A stretch of 64,000 nt of DNA from Pseudomonas aeruginosa PAO1. Lineage in GTDB: Bacteria > Pseudomonadota > Gammaproteobacteria > Pseudomonadales > Pseudomonadaceae. The notes beneath the pieces are model-generated. The model was not told the DNA's origin. It did not search any database and was given only the letters and a program-made list of their open reading frames with translations. The DNA is taken from assembly GCF_000006765.1 (NCBI RefSeq), contig NC_002516.2, one strand, 5' to 3'. Position numbers and translations under genes: made by a program. Shown here piece by piece: positions 22,190 through 31,819 of the stretch. Position 1 is the first letter of the stretch; each line of letters begins with the position of its first letter.

Positions 22190-22381
22190 TTAGAACAGGC
22201 CGCTGTTCTCGTTGATGATGCCGTCCAGAGCCTTGTCGACCTTGATGTAGATCTCGTGCTCGATTTTCACGTTGAGATTGATGTTGATCGGCTCGCTGGG
22301 AGCCGCCAGCTGCACGGTGGGCGTGCAGGCCATCGTCAGGCTGCCCAGCAGCAGGACAGCGAATAGAGCGCAGAGGCGCAT
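22190..22381 (-). CDS. ynbE: YnbE-family lipoprotein (63 aa)
   Basis: Lipobox TMAC then 'TPTVQLAAPSEPININLNVKIEHEIYIKVDK'. RBS AGGAG. Confidence 0.9.
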   Translation of the reverse strand: MRLCALFAVLLLGSLTMACTPTVQLAAPSEPININLNVKIEHEIYIKVDKALDGIINENSGLF

Positions 22382-22401
22382 CGGGGGTTCTCCTGTATGG
22401 C

Positions 22402-24969
22402 TCATGGCGCCGAAGCCTTGCGTTTCTGCATGCGCTCCTGCACACGTTGGCGAATGGTTTCGCTGACCCGGTCGCTCAGTTGCAGGCTGGTCAGCAGTGC
22501 CGGGATATCCTCCTCCAGGTTGACGTTGAGGTTGACCGGGCGCCCCTTCTCCAGGTCCGGGTTGCTGCCCTGCAAGCGCAGGCCGAGCAACAGCTTGCCG
22601 TTCTCATGATAATCGACGCTGCTTTGCAGGACGTCGTAGTGGAAATCGTCGAGGGCATCGGCGACCAGCTTCATCCCCGGGTTGCTGCGCCCCAGCGCCT
22701 CGATCTTCGCCGAGCGGAAGCGCAGGTAGCCGGGCTCGCGGGCCTTGACCTGGCCGCCGGAGACGCTGGGCTTCCAGCGGTTCAGCATCAGCGGCAGCTC
22801 GCCGTCCAGGGTGCCTTCGCCGGCCAGGCCCTCCGCCGGATAGACCCGGAAAATCTCGCCGAGTTGTATGCCCTGGATACGCAAGGCGAACTTCTGCTCG
22901 GCCTGACCCAGGCGGATGCTCCCCGCGGGGACCGAGGCCTGCCCGCCGAACAGGCCGCTCTGCAACGTCTGCCAGCTCAAACGGCCGCTGCCCGGCGCGG
23001 AAAGCGGGGCCTCGTAGCGCCCGCGGAAACTCACCGGCCCCAGCGGCAGGCCGGGATTGGCCTCGGCCAGGCTCAGGCCGGGGCTGTCCAGGCTCAACTG
23101 ACCGCCGCGCAGGCGCAAGGCCAGGCTGCCGCCCAGCCCCTTCAGCTCGCTGCGGTCGTAGATACCGTCGAGGCCTTTCAGGGTCAGGTCCAGGTCGAGG
23201 GACGAGCCACCCGCCGCGTCGAGCTTCCAGCCGGCCGCGGCGGTCGCGCGCCCATTGCCCAGTTCGAGCAGCCCCGGCCAGTCGGCGAGGGTCGCGGCCA
23301 GCGGATTGCCGGTACGGAAGAACACCTCGGCCAGCTTGGCGGAGAGTGCCAGGGGCGTCTTCGCATCGCGCTGCAGCTGGATGTCCGCCGCCAGCCCCGC
23401 ACCGTTGCTCAGCCGTCCCTTCAGGCTGGTGCGCTCGAGGGTGGTGTCGAGCGGCCCCTCGAAGGTCCAGGCCAACGGCTTGAGGTTGGCCTGGCGGAGT
23501 TGTCCGACCTGCGCCTGCAGCGGCCCGGCGAAATGCAGCGCCAGCGGCTGGTAGGCCAGTTCGAGAGCGGTCCCGGCGAGATTGAGGCGGGGCTGGCCAA
23601 GGTGCAGCGTCGACGGCTCGGCCAGGGACGCCGCCTGCAACCGCGCGCCCCTGCCGAAGGAGAGGTTGGCGCGCTGCCCGTCCAGCCGGCCCTCCAGAGG
23701 AATCTCCGCGACCAGTCGCTCGGCTTTCCAGCCCTGGTATTGCAGGTGCGGCGCGCCCACCTGCAAGCGACCCTCCACCAGCCTGGCGGCCCACGGCGAG
23801 ATGCCCAGCAGGTCGAGACGAGTCTCCAGCTTCAGCGTACTCGCGCCCTCGCTGGTGAACGCCAGGCGCAACGCGGTGACGCTATCGGCATCGCGCTCCA
23901 GCGGCTCGCTGCGCAAGCCCAGCGCGCTCGGCCGCAACTCGGCCGGCAGCGCCTGCAACCACTCGCCGTGCAACTGGCTCAGGCGCAAGTCGCTGCGCAG
24001 CTGGCGTGGCAACCAGGCGCCCTCGTCTCCATCAAGTTGGACTTGCAGTTCGCCCTGTACATTACCCAGACCGGGCAGCGGCCAGGCTTGCGGAGCCTGC
24101 ACCAGCAGCGCCGCCGAGCCACCGCCGTCGAGCACCCGGCGCGGCTCCAGCCAGTCGCTGCCAGGCGCCAGGCGGATCGTCCAGTCCGCTTGCAGACGCA
24201 GGGCTTGCGGTGCGTCGGGCAGGCGCTGGGCTTCCGGCAACCAGCGATTGAGCCAGACCACCAGGCCACGGGTGTCCGGCAGGCCGGGCGCCTCCAGGCG
24301 CCCCTGCCAGAGGCCGTCGCCATCGGACGGCGCGAGCTGGCTGTCCAGCGTCAGCAGCGCCTGCCGGTCGAGTTGCGCGCGCGCCCGCAGGCGCCAACCG
24401 GTAGGCTCCTCGAAGAGCTGGGCGTCGAGCTGGGCCTGCTGCGCCTCTTGTTGCAGGCGCAGTTGCGCAGCCAGCGGAAACAGCGCTCCCGACGGGCGGC
24501 CGATGTCCAGCCCGCCGTCCTGCTCGCAGCGGCCGGCGGGACAAGGCAGGTCGAGATGGAAGCGTTCGAGGTGGATCTGTTCCGGCAGCCAGGCGAGGGT
24601 CTCGCGCAGGGACGTCCAGTCCAGCGCAGCGGAGTCGTCGTCGGAACTCGCGGCAGCCGGTTGCCAGGCGAGCGCCACTTGCTCCACGCGCAGGCCGGGT
24701 AGACGCGGACGCCAACCCGACAGCCCGGGCCAGCGCAGCAGCGCGTGTTCCACGTCCAGTCGCAAGCTGGCGCCATCCGCGCCGCGCCGCTCCAGCGCCA
24801 GCCGTCGCAGCCCGATGCCTTCGGCGGACAGGCCCAGGCCTTGCCACTCCAGGCGCTCGACACCCTGCTCGCGCAACAGGCTGCGCCAGGCATGCCAGCC
24901 GTAGCCGAACGCCAGCAGCAACAGCACTGCAAATACCAGCAGCAACGTCGTCCTTCTGCGCAAACGCAT
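22402..24969 (-). CDS. ydbH: YdbH-family AsmA-like intermembrane lipid-transfer protein (855 aa)
   Basis: Single N-terminal TM, long beta-rich body, C-terminal 'LLGLRLQGSNP...PVNLNVNLEEDIPALL'; operon with ynbE and ydbL. Confidence 0.88.
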   Translation of the reverse strand: MRLRRRTTLLLVFAVLLLLAFGYGWHAWRSLLREQGVERLEWQGLGLSAEGIGLRRLALERRGADGASLRLDVEHALLRWPGLSGWRPRLPGLRVEQVALAWQPAAASSDDDSAALDWTSLRETLAWLPEQIHLERFHLDLPCPAGRCEQDGGLDIGRPSGALFPLAAQLRLQQEAQQAQLDAQLFEEPTGWRLRARAQLDRQALLTLDSQLAPSDGDGLWQGRLEAPGLPDTRGLVVWLNRWLPEAQRLPDAPQALRLQADWTIRLAPGSDWLEPRRVLDGGGSAALLVQAPQAWPLPGLGNVQGELQVQLDGDEGAWLPRQLRSDLRLSQLHGEWLQALPAELRPSALGLRSEPLERDADSVTALRLAFTSEGASTLKLETRLDLLGISPWAARLVEGRLQVGAPHLQYQGWKAERLVAEIPLEGRLDGQRANLSFGRGARLQAASLAEPSTLHLGQPRLNLAGTALELAYQPLALHFAGPLQAQVGQLRQANLKPLAWTFEGPLDTTLERTSLKGRLSNGAGLAADIQLQRDAKTPLALSAKLAEVFFRTGNPLAATLADWPGLLELGNGRATAAAGWKLDAAGGSSLDLDLTLKGLDGIYDRSELKGLGGSLALRLRGGQLSLDSPGLSLAEANPGLPLGPVSFRGRYEAPLSAPGSGRLSWQTLQSGLFGGQASVPAGSIRLGQAEQKFALRIQGIQLGEIFRVYPAEGLAGEGTLDGELPLMLNRWKPSVSGGQVKAREPGYLRFRSAKIEALGRSNPGMKLVADALDDFHYDVLQSSVDYHENGKLLLGLRLQGSNPDLEKGRPVNLNVNLEEDIPALLTSLQLSDRVSETIRQRVQERMQKRKASAP

Positions 24970-25078
24970 GTCCTACCTCTGTCCGTTGCCGACCCGGCCA
25001 AGGGTGGCGGGGCCCTCGTGCAAGATCAAGGCGTTTTCCCTGGCCAGTGTTTTTCCCTGCTTTCGACGTTATATTGGC

Positions 25079-25090
25079 GGAAAATTTCCG
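25079..25090. promoter_or_regulatory. GG-N7-CCG box in the ydbH/lrp divergent spacer
   Basis: CGGAAAATTTCCG; same motif as upstream of dadA. Confidence 0.55.
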
Positions 25091-25122
25091 GATTTTCCGA
25101 GCCAGACGGGGAGCCTCCATCC

Positions 25123-25611
25123 ATGCGTACCCAGCATCAGAGCAAGCGCGAGCTGGACAAGATCGACCGCAACATCCTCCGCATCCTGCAGGAGGAAGGT
25201 CGCATTTCCTTCACCGAGCTGGGCGAACGCGTCGGCCTCTCGACCACACCCTGCACCGAACGCGTGCGCCGCCTGGAGCGCGAAGGCCTGATCATGGGCT
25301 ATCACGCCCGGCTCAATCCGCAGCATCTGAAGGCCAGCCTGCTGGTGTTCGTCGAGATCAGCCTGGACTACAAGTCCGGCGATACCTTCGAAGAGTTTCG
25401 CCGGGCGGTGCTCAAGCTGCCCCATGTGCTGGAATGCCACCTGGTGTCCGGCCACTTCGACTACCTGGTGAAGGCTCGCATCTCGGAAATGGCGTCCTAC
25501 CGCAAGCTGCTCGGCGACATCCTGCTGAAACTGCCGCACGTACGCGAGTCGAAGAGCTATATCGTCATGGAAGAGGTCAAGGAATCGCTCGACCTACCGG
25601 TTCCGGATTGA
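25123..25611 (+). CDS. lrp: Lrp/AsnC regulator (DadR), 162 aa
   Basis: 'LDKIDRNILRILQEEGRISFTELGERVGLSTTPCTERVRRLEREGLI'. Confidence 0.96.
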   Translation: MRTQHQSKRELDKIDRNILRILQEEGRISFTELGERVGLSTTPCTERVRRLEREGLIMGYHARLNPQHLKASLLVFVEISLDYKSGDTFEEFRRAVLKLPHVLECHLVSGHFDYLVKARISEMASYRKLLGDILLKLPHVRESKSYIVMEEVKESLDLPVPD

Positions 25612-25788
25612 CCCAAGGCACTTTCCGGGAGTCCGCCAGGACTCCCGGCATAGACGGGAAACACCGTCTTTTCTGTACACGATCCCCGCAACACCTCGCA
25701 GTTTTTTCCTTTTTCGCCCTTGGCGAGCGCCTCGACTGACGTTTATGCTCCGTCAAATTTTCCACACATAATAATCAGGATTTCACAC

Positions 25789-27108
25789 ATGAACGCCCGC
25801 GTTCACCAGCCGGTGCATACCGCCCAACACGCCCCCTCCTACTACGCCGCCACGCTCAACCGACGCATCGAGTGCCCTCCCCTGGCCGGCGAAGAACAGG
25901 CCGACGTGTGCGTCGTCGGCGGCGGCTTCTCGGGAGTGAACACGGCGTTGGAACTGGCCCAGCGCGGCTTCTCCGTGGTCCTGCTGGAAGCGCACCAGAT
26001 CGGCTGGGGCGCCAGTGGACGCAATGGCGGCCAGTTGATCCGCGGCGTCGGCCATGACGTCGAGCAGTTCCTCCCGGTGATCGGCGCCGACGGCGTGAAG
26101 GCACTCAAGCTGATGGGCCTGGAGGCGGTGGAGATCGTCCGTCGCCGGGTCGAGCAGTACGCCATCGACTGCGATCTGCGCTGGGGCTACTGCGACCTGG
26201 CGAACAAGCCCGGCGACTACCAGGGCTTCCGCGAGGACATGGAGGAACTCCAGGCCCTCGGCTATCGCCACGAGATGCGCCTGGTGCCGGCCGCGGAGAT
26301 GCGCAGCGTGATCGGCTCCGATCGCTACGTCGGCGGCCTGGTGGACATGGGCTCTGGCCACCTGCACCCGCTCAACCTGGTCCTCGGCGAAGCCGCCGCT
26401 GCCCAGTCGCTGGGCGTCCGCCTGTTCGAGCGCTCGACGGTGATGCGGATCGACTACGGCACGGAAGTCCAGGTGCATACCGCCACCGGCAAAGTGCGGG
26501 CGAAGACCCTGGTGCTGGGCTGCAACGCCTACATGAACGACCTCAACCCGCTGCTCGGCGGCAAGGTACTGCCGGCCGGCAGCTACGTGATCGCCACCGA
26601 ACCGCTGGACGAGAAACTGGCCCGCCAACTGCTGCCGCAGAACATGGCGGTGTGCGACCAGCGCGTGGCCCTCGACTACTACCGGCTCTCCGCCGACAAC
26701 CGCCTGCTGTTCGGTGGCGCCTGCCATTATTCCGGCCGCGACCCCAGCGACATCGCCGCCTACATGCGGCCGAAGATGCTGGAGGTATTCCCGCAACTGG
26801 CGAACGTCCGCATCGACTACCAATGGGGCGGCATGATCGGCATCGGCGCCAATCGCCTGCCACAGATCGGCCGCCTGCCGGGGCAGCCCAACGTGTACTT
26901 CGCCCAGGCCTATTCCGGACACGGGGTGAACGCCACGCACCTCGCCGGGCAGTTGCTCGCCGAAGCCATCGGCGGCCAGCAGAGCGACGGCTTCGACCTG
27001 TTCGCCAAGGTGCCGCACATCACCTTCCCCGGCGGCAAGCTGCTGCGCTCGCCACTGCTGGCGCTGGGCATGGCCTGGTACCGGCTGAAGGAAAAACTCG
27101 GTAGCTGA
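25789..27108 (+). CDS. pauB4: FAD-dependent gamma-glutamyl-polyamine oxidoreductase (PuuB-like, 439 aa)
   Basis: 'VCVVGGGFSG', 'GASGRNGGQ', 'AQAYSGHGV'. Confidence 0.85.
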   Translation: MNARVHQPVHTAQHAPSYYAATLNRRIECPPLAGEEQADVCVVGGGFSGVNTALELAQRGFSVVLLEAHQIGWGASGRNGGQLIRGVGHDVEQFLPVIGADGVKALKLMGLEAVEIVRRRVEQYAIDCDLRWGYCDLANKPGDYQGFREDMEELQALGYRHEMRLVPAAEMRSVIGSDRYVGGLVDMGSGHLHPLNLVLGEAAAAQSLGVRLFERSTVMRIDYGTEVQVHTATGKVRAKTLVLGCNAYMNDLNPLLGGKVLPAGSYVIATEPLDEKLARQLLPQNMAVCDQRVALDYYRLSADNRLLFGGACHYSGRDPSDIAAYMRPKMLEVFPQLANVRIDYQWGGMIGIGANRLPQIGRLPGQPNVYFAQAYSGHGVNATHLAGQLLAEAIGGQQSDGFDLFAKVPHITFPGGKLLRSPLLALGMAWYRLKEKLGS

Positions 27109-27193
27109 GCCCATCCGAGGCTCGGTGGATTCTGAAAAAATCAGGCGGGGCATCGCTCTTCCGAGGAAAACTCCTAGAATTCGCACGACCGGG

Positions 27194-28783
27194 ATGAGCC
27201 GGTCGTTCGAGTTTCCACGGGAGATATCCTTGCTTCGCCGATTCCTCCTGCTGGCCCTCCTGGCCCTCTCCGGCTGCGCCAGCACTCCTCCGCCGCAACC
27301 GTCGTCGGCACTGCCCGCCGAGGGTACCTGGCTGGCCAGGCAGGCCGAAATCCAGGGACGCGACCACCCCGGCCAGTCCGGCTTCCACCTCCTGAGCGCC
27401 AGCGAGGATGCCTTCGTCGCCCGCGCGGCGCTGATTCGCGCAGCCCAGCGCAGCCTCGACATCCAGTACTACATCGTCCACGACGGACTGACCACGCGCG
27501 CCCTCGCCTACGAGTTGCTCAAGGCAGCCGACCGTGGCGTGCGGGTACGCATCCTCATCGACGACACCGCCAGCGATGGCTGGGACTACGAGATCGGTGT
27601 GCTCTCCGCCCATCCGAACATCCAGGTGCGCCTGTTCAACCCATTGCACCTGGGCCGCGCCACCGGCATCACGCGAGGCGTCGGCCGCCTGTTCAACCTG
27701 TCCCAGCAACACCGGCGCATGCACAACAAGCTGTGGCTGGCCGACGGCACGGCGGCCATCGTCGGCGGACGCAACCTCGGCGACGAGTATTTCAACGCCA
27801 AGCCGGAGATGAACTTCACCGACCTCGACCTGCTCGGCGTCGGCCCCATCGCCAACCAGCTCTCGCACAGCTTCGACCAGTACTGGAACAGCGCCATCAG
27901 CCGGCCGATCGAGGATTTCCTCTGGCGCGCGCCCTATCCCGGCGAACTGGAGTCGGCCCGACGCAAGTTGCAGCGCTACCTGCGCAAGGAGTCGGTGAAG
28001 GAGTCCGGCTACATCCGCCACCTGTTCGACCGCGGCGACCAGCCACGCCTGGGCAACTGGCTGGAGAATCTCACCTGGGCCCGCGCCGAGGCGATCTGGG
28101 ATGCGCCGCTGAAGGTATTGAGCCGCGGCGAGCCCGACCCGCACCTATTGCTCAGTCCGCACCTGGCGGGCCTGTTCAAGGGCGTGCAGAAGGAACTGAT
28201 CCTGGTCTCGGCGTATTTCGTTCCGGCCAAGGACGGTCTCAACTACCTCACCGGCAAGGCCGACAGCGGCGTCCGCGTGCGCCTGCTGACCAACTCCCTG
28301 GAAGCCACCGACGTGCCCGCCGTGCATGCCGGCTACGCGCCCTATCGGATGGCGCTGCTTGAGCATGGCGTTAAGCTCTACGAGCTGCGCGCCAATCCCG
28401 ACCAGCCGCTGAGCGGCGCGCCCTGGCGCCTGCACGGATCGAGCAGCGCCAGCCTGCACAGCAAGGCGATGGTCTTCGACCGGCGCAAGGTATTCATCGG
28501 TTCGTTCAACTTCGATCCGCGCTCGATCCTGTGGAACACCGAGGTCGGGGTCATCGTCGACAGTCCGCTGCTGGCCGAGCAGGTCCGCCAACTGGCGCTG
28601 GAGGGCATGGCGCCGAGCGTCAGCTACCAGGTTCGCATCGACCGCAGCGGCAGCCGGCCGAAGCTGGTCTGGATCGACGAACGCGACGGCCGGGCCCAGG
28701 TCCTGCGCCACGAGCCGGGTAGCCTGTGGCGACGCCTGAACGCCTGGGTCGCGGGAATGATCGGACTGGAAAAGATGCTCTGA
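27194..28783 (+). CDS. Phospholipase D / ClsC-like cardiolipin synthase-family lipoprotein (529 aa)
   Basis: Two HKD motifs (HNKLWLAD, HSKAMVFD); lipobox LSGC. Confidence 0.87.
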   Translation: MSRSFEFPREISLLRRFLLLALLALSGCASTPPPQPSSALPAEGTWLARQAEIQGRDHPGQSGFHLLSASEDAFVARAALIRAAQRSLDIQYYIVHDGLTTRALAYELLKAADRGVRVRILIDDTASDGWDYEIGVLSAHPNIQVRLFNPLHLGRATGITRGVGRLFNLSQQHRRMHNKLWLADGTAAIVGGRNLGDEYFNAKPEMNFTDLDLLGVGPIANQLSHSFDQYWNSAISRPIEDFLWRAPYPGELESARRKLQRYLRKESVKESGYIRHLFDRGDQPRLGNWLENLTWARAEAIWDAPLKVLSRGEPDPHLLLSPHLAGLFKGVQKELILVSAYFVPAKDGLNYLTGKADSGVRVRLLTNSLEATDVPAVHAGYAPYRMALLEHGVKLYELRANPDQPLSGAPWRLHGSSSASLHSKAMVFDRRKVFIGSFNFDPRSILWNTEVGVIVDSPLLAEQVRQLALEGMAPSVSYQVRIDRSGSRPKLVWIDERDGRAQVLRHEPGSLWRRLNAWVAGMIGLEKML

Positions 28784-28786
28784 GGG

Positions 28787-29950
28787 TCACTCGGAGGCTT
28801 CCAGGCCTGTCGCCTCGTCGTCCGCCGGAATCGCCCCGCGCAGCCGCACCAGCACCACGAAGCCCGCCGCGCCGAGCGCCATCATCAACGGCAGGGCGTG
28901 ACCGCTGATCCACTGGCTGGCGGCGCCGGTGGCCAGCGGGCCGAGCAGGCAGCCGATGCCCCATAGCTGCGCGACATGGGCATTGGCCCGGACCAGGGCA
29001 TCGTCTCGGTAGCGCTCGCCGATCAGGATCAGCGCCAGGGTGAACAACCCGCCGGCGCTGGCCCCGAACAGCACCAGCAGCGGCCAGATCAACGGCGTCT
29101 GCAGCAGCAGGGGAATCGCCAGGCTGCTCAGCAGCAGCACCAGGCCGCAGCCGCCGAACAGGCCGCTGCGCGAGACCCGGTCGGCGAGCCAGCCGATCGG
29201 CAGCTGCAACAATGCATCGCCCACCACCACGGTACTGACCATGGCCAGCGCCACCGCTTGCGGAAAGCCCTGGCGCAACCCGTATACCGGCAGCAGGGTG
29301 AGGATCATCGCCTCGAAGGCAGCGAACAACACCACCGCCCAGGCGATCGCCGGCAGACCCCGGCAGAAGGCCCACAAACCGCGCCCGGAGGCACTGTGCG
29401 GATCGACCCTGGGCGCACCGCTGCGGCCCAGCAGCAGCAACGAGCCAGCAATCAGCAGGCAGACGCCGAACCAGAAGCCACGGTCGTCGGCGGTACCGAT
29501 GAAGGTCAGCAGTACCGGCCCGGACAGTTGGCTGAGGGCGTAGCCGGTGCCGTACAGCGCGACCAGCCGGCCACGCCACTTCTCCACTGCCAACTGGTTG
29601 ATCCAGCTTTCCCCGAGGATGAACACCACGGTGAGCTGCACGCCGATCAGCAGGCGCAGCAACAGCCATACCGGGTAGCTCTGCAGCAGCGCCAGCAGGC
29701 CGACGGAGGCTGCCCCGGTGAGCAGGCACAACTGCATCAGCCGCGGCGTGCCGACGCGCGCGGCGAGGCGCCCGGCGATCATCGCGCCGAGCAGCACGCC
29801 CACTGCCGGCGTGCTGGCCATCACGCCGATGGCGAAACTGCCGTAGCCCCAGCTCTCCAGGCGCAACGAGACCAGCGGCATGGTCAGGCCAAGGGCGAGG
29901 CCGATGCTGATGACTGCGGAACAGACGGCGAAATAGCTTCCCCAACGCAT
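28787..29950 (-). CDS. MFS transporter (387 aa)
   Basis: About 12 hydrophobic segments; 'GRLAARVG' and 'GWLADRVSR' MFS loop motifs. Confidence 0.88.
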   Translation of the reverse strand: MRWGSYFAVCSAVISIGLALGLTMPLVSLRLESWGYGSFAIGVMASTPAVGVLLGAMIAGRLAARVGTPRLMQLCLLTGAASVGLLALLQSYPVWLLLRLLIGVQLTVVFILGESWINQLAVEKWRGRLVALYGTGYALSQLSGPVLLTFIGTADDRGFWFGVCLLIAGSLLLLGRSGAPRVDPHSASGRGLWAFCRGLPAIAWAVVLFAAFEAMILTLLPVYGLRQGFPQAVALAMVSTVVVGDALLQLPIGWLADRVSRSGLFGGCGLVLLLSSLAIPLLLQTPLIWPLLVLFGASAGGLFTLALILIGERYRDDALVRANAHVAQLWGIGCLLGPLATGAASQWISGHALPLMMALGAAGFVVLVRLRGAIPADDEATGLEASE

Positions 29951-30096
29951 TGCGATTCTCCCGTTGGCACCCCGGAAGCCTTGCCGGGGCGAGCGGATAT
30001 ATCCGGCGCACGAAGCACAGCGGCCGGGCTTCCAGAAGGAAACCCGGCCGCGGGTGTGGCTCGAGAGAGCCGGCCCGGAAGGGCCGACCTAGGCGA

Positions 30097-31590
30097 TCAG
30101 AGCTTGATCCAGGTCGCCTTCAGCTCGGTGTACTTGTCGAAGGCGTGCAGCGACTTGTCGCGACCGTTGCCCGACTGCTTGAAGCCGCCGAACGGAGCGG
30201 TCATGTCGCCGCCGTCGTACTGGTTGACCCAGACGCTGCCGGCGCGCAGGGCCTTGGCAGTCAGGTGCGCCTTGGACAGGTTGCTGGTCCAGACCGCCGC
30301 CGCCAGCCCATAGGGCGTGTCGTTGGCGATGCGCACGGCTTCCTCGGCATCCTCGAACTCGATCACCGAGAGCACCGGGCCGAAGATTTCCTCGCGGGCG
30401 ATCTTCATCGCATTGGTCACGCCGTCGAAGATAGTCGGCTCGACGTAGGTGCCACCAGTTTCTTCCAGGGTCCGCTTGCCGCCGGCGACCAGCTTGGCGC
30501 CGTCGTTGTGACCGGCCTCGATGTAGGACAGCACGGTGTTCATCTGCTGGGTGTCCACCAGCGCGCCGACGTTGGTTTCCGGATCCAGCGGGTTGCCCGG
30601 TTTCCAGCCCTTGAGGGCCTCGATCACCAGGGGCAGGAACTTGTCCTTGATGGAGCGCTCCACCAGCAGGCGCGAACCGGCGGTGCAGACTTCGCCCTGG
30701 TTGAAGGCGATGGCGCCGGCAGCGGCTTCGGCGGCGGCCTTCAGGTCCGGGGCGTCGGCGAAGACGATGTTCGGGCTCTTGCCGCCGGCCTCCAGCCAGA
30801 CGCGCTTCATGTTCGACTCGCCGGCATAGACCATCAGTTGCTTGGCGATCTTGGTCGAACCGGTGAACACCAGGGTGTCGACATCCATGTGCAATGCCAG
30901 CGCCTTGCCTACCGTGTGGCCATAGCCCGGCAGCACGTTGAACACGCCTTTCGGAATGCCGGCCTCGACGGCCAGCTGGGCGATGCGGATGGCGGTCAGC
31001 GGCGACTTCTCGGAGGGCTTGAGGATCACCGAGTTGCCGGTGGCCAGGGCCGGACCGAGTTTCCAGCAGGACATCAGCAGCGGGAAGTTCCACGGCACGA
31101 TGGCGGCGACCACGCCGACCGGCTCGCGGGTCACCAGGCCCAGCTCGGCATGGGGAGTGGCGGCGACTTCGTCATAGATCTTGTCGATCGCCTCGGCGCT
31201 CCAGCGCAGGCTGTTGGCGGCGCTGGCGACGTCGATGTGCAGCGAGTCGCTGATCGGCTTGCCCATGTCCAGGGTTTCCAGCAGGGCCAGCTCCTCGGCG
31301 TTCTCCAGCAGCAGATCGGCGAAGCGGATCATCGTCTGCTTGCGCTTGGCCGGCGCCAGGCGCGACCAGGCGCCGGAATCGAAGGCATTGCGGGCGACCT
31401 TGACCGCCTGCTCGGCATCGGCCAGGTCGCAACTGGCGACCTTGGCCAGGAAGCGGCCATCCACCGGGCTCAGGCAATCGAAGGTCTCGCCGGAGGCGGC
31501 GTTGCTGTATTCGCCGTTGACGAAGGCACGGCCTTCGATCTTCAGGTCTTTGGCGCGGGCTTCCCAGTCGGCGCGGGTCAGGGTGGTCAT
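30097..31590 (-). CDS. pauC: Aldehyde dehydrogenase PauC/KauB (497 aa)
   Basis: 'VPWNFP', 'FTGST', 'LEAGGKSP', 'FNQGEVC', 'EEIFGPV'. Confidence 0.93.
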   Translation of the reverse strand: MTTLTRADWEARAKDLKIEGRAFVNGEYSNAASGETFDCLSPVDGRFLAKVASCDLADAEQAVKVARNAFDSGAWSRLAPAKRKQTMIRFADLLLENAEELALLETLDMGKPISDSLHIDVASAANSLRWSAEAIDKIYDEVAATPHAELGLVTREPVGVVAAIVPWNFPLLMSCWKLGPALATGNSVILKPSEKSPLTAIRIAQLAVEAGIPKGVFNVLPGYGHTVGKALALHMDVDTLVFTGSTKIAKQLMVYAGESNMKRVWLEAGGKSPNIVFADAPDLKAAAEAAAGAIAFNQGEVCTAGSRLLVERSIKDKFLPLVIEALKGWKPGNPLDPETNVGALVDTQQMNTVLSYIEAGHNDGAKLVAGGKRTLEETGGTYVEPTIFDGVTNAMKIAREEIFGPVLSVIEFEDAEEAVRIANDTPYGLAAAVWTSNLSKAHLTAKALRAGSVWVNQYDGGDMTAPFGGFKQSGNGRDKSLHAFDKYTELKATWIKL

Positions 31591-31706
31591 GACAACGTGT
31601 CCTCTTATTGGTGTTCTGGGCGCCTGGGAGACAGGCGCGCTGTCAGATTCTGCAAGGCGGGCGCGCGGCCCGTGGTGTCCGCCACCCTAAACCAGAGCAG
31701 CGCCTG

Positions 31707-31766
31707 TTTTCAATATATTTGACAGGAACCCCTCTAACTCCCTTGTCACGTTCATTATTTTAAACA
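31707..31766. promoter_or_regulatory. Two putative PauR operators in the pauC/gabT2 divergent promoter
   Basis: TTTTCAATATATTTGACA (31707-31724) and CGTTCATTATTTTAAACA (31749-31766). Confidence 0.65.
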
Positions 31767-31819
31767 TAGACTCGCCCGGACTAGCGTCTTCATCCCTCGC
31801 GTGCAACCTGGGTGGCCCT

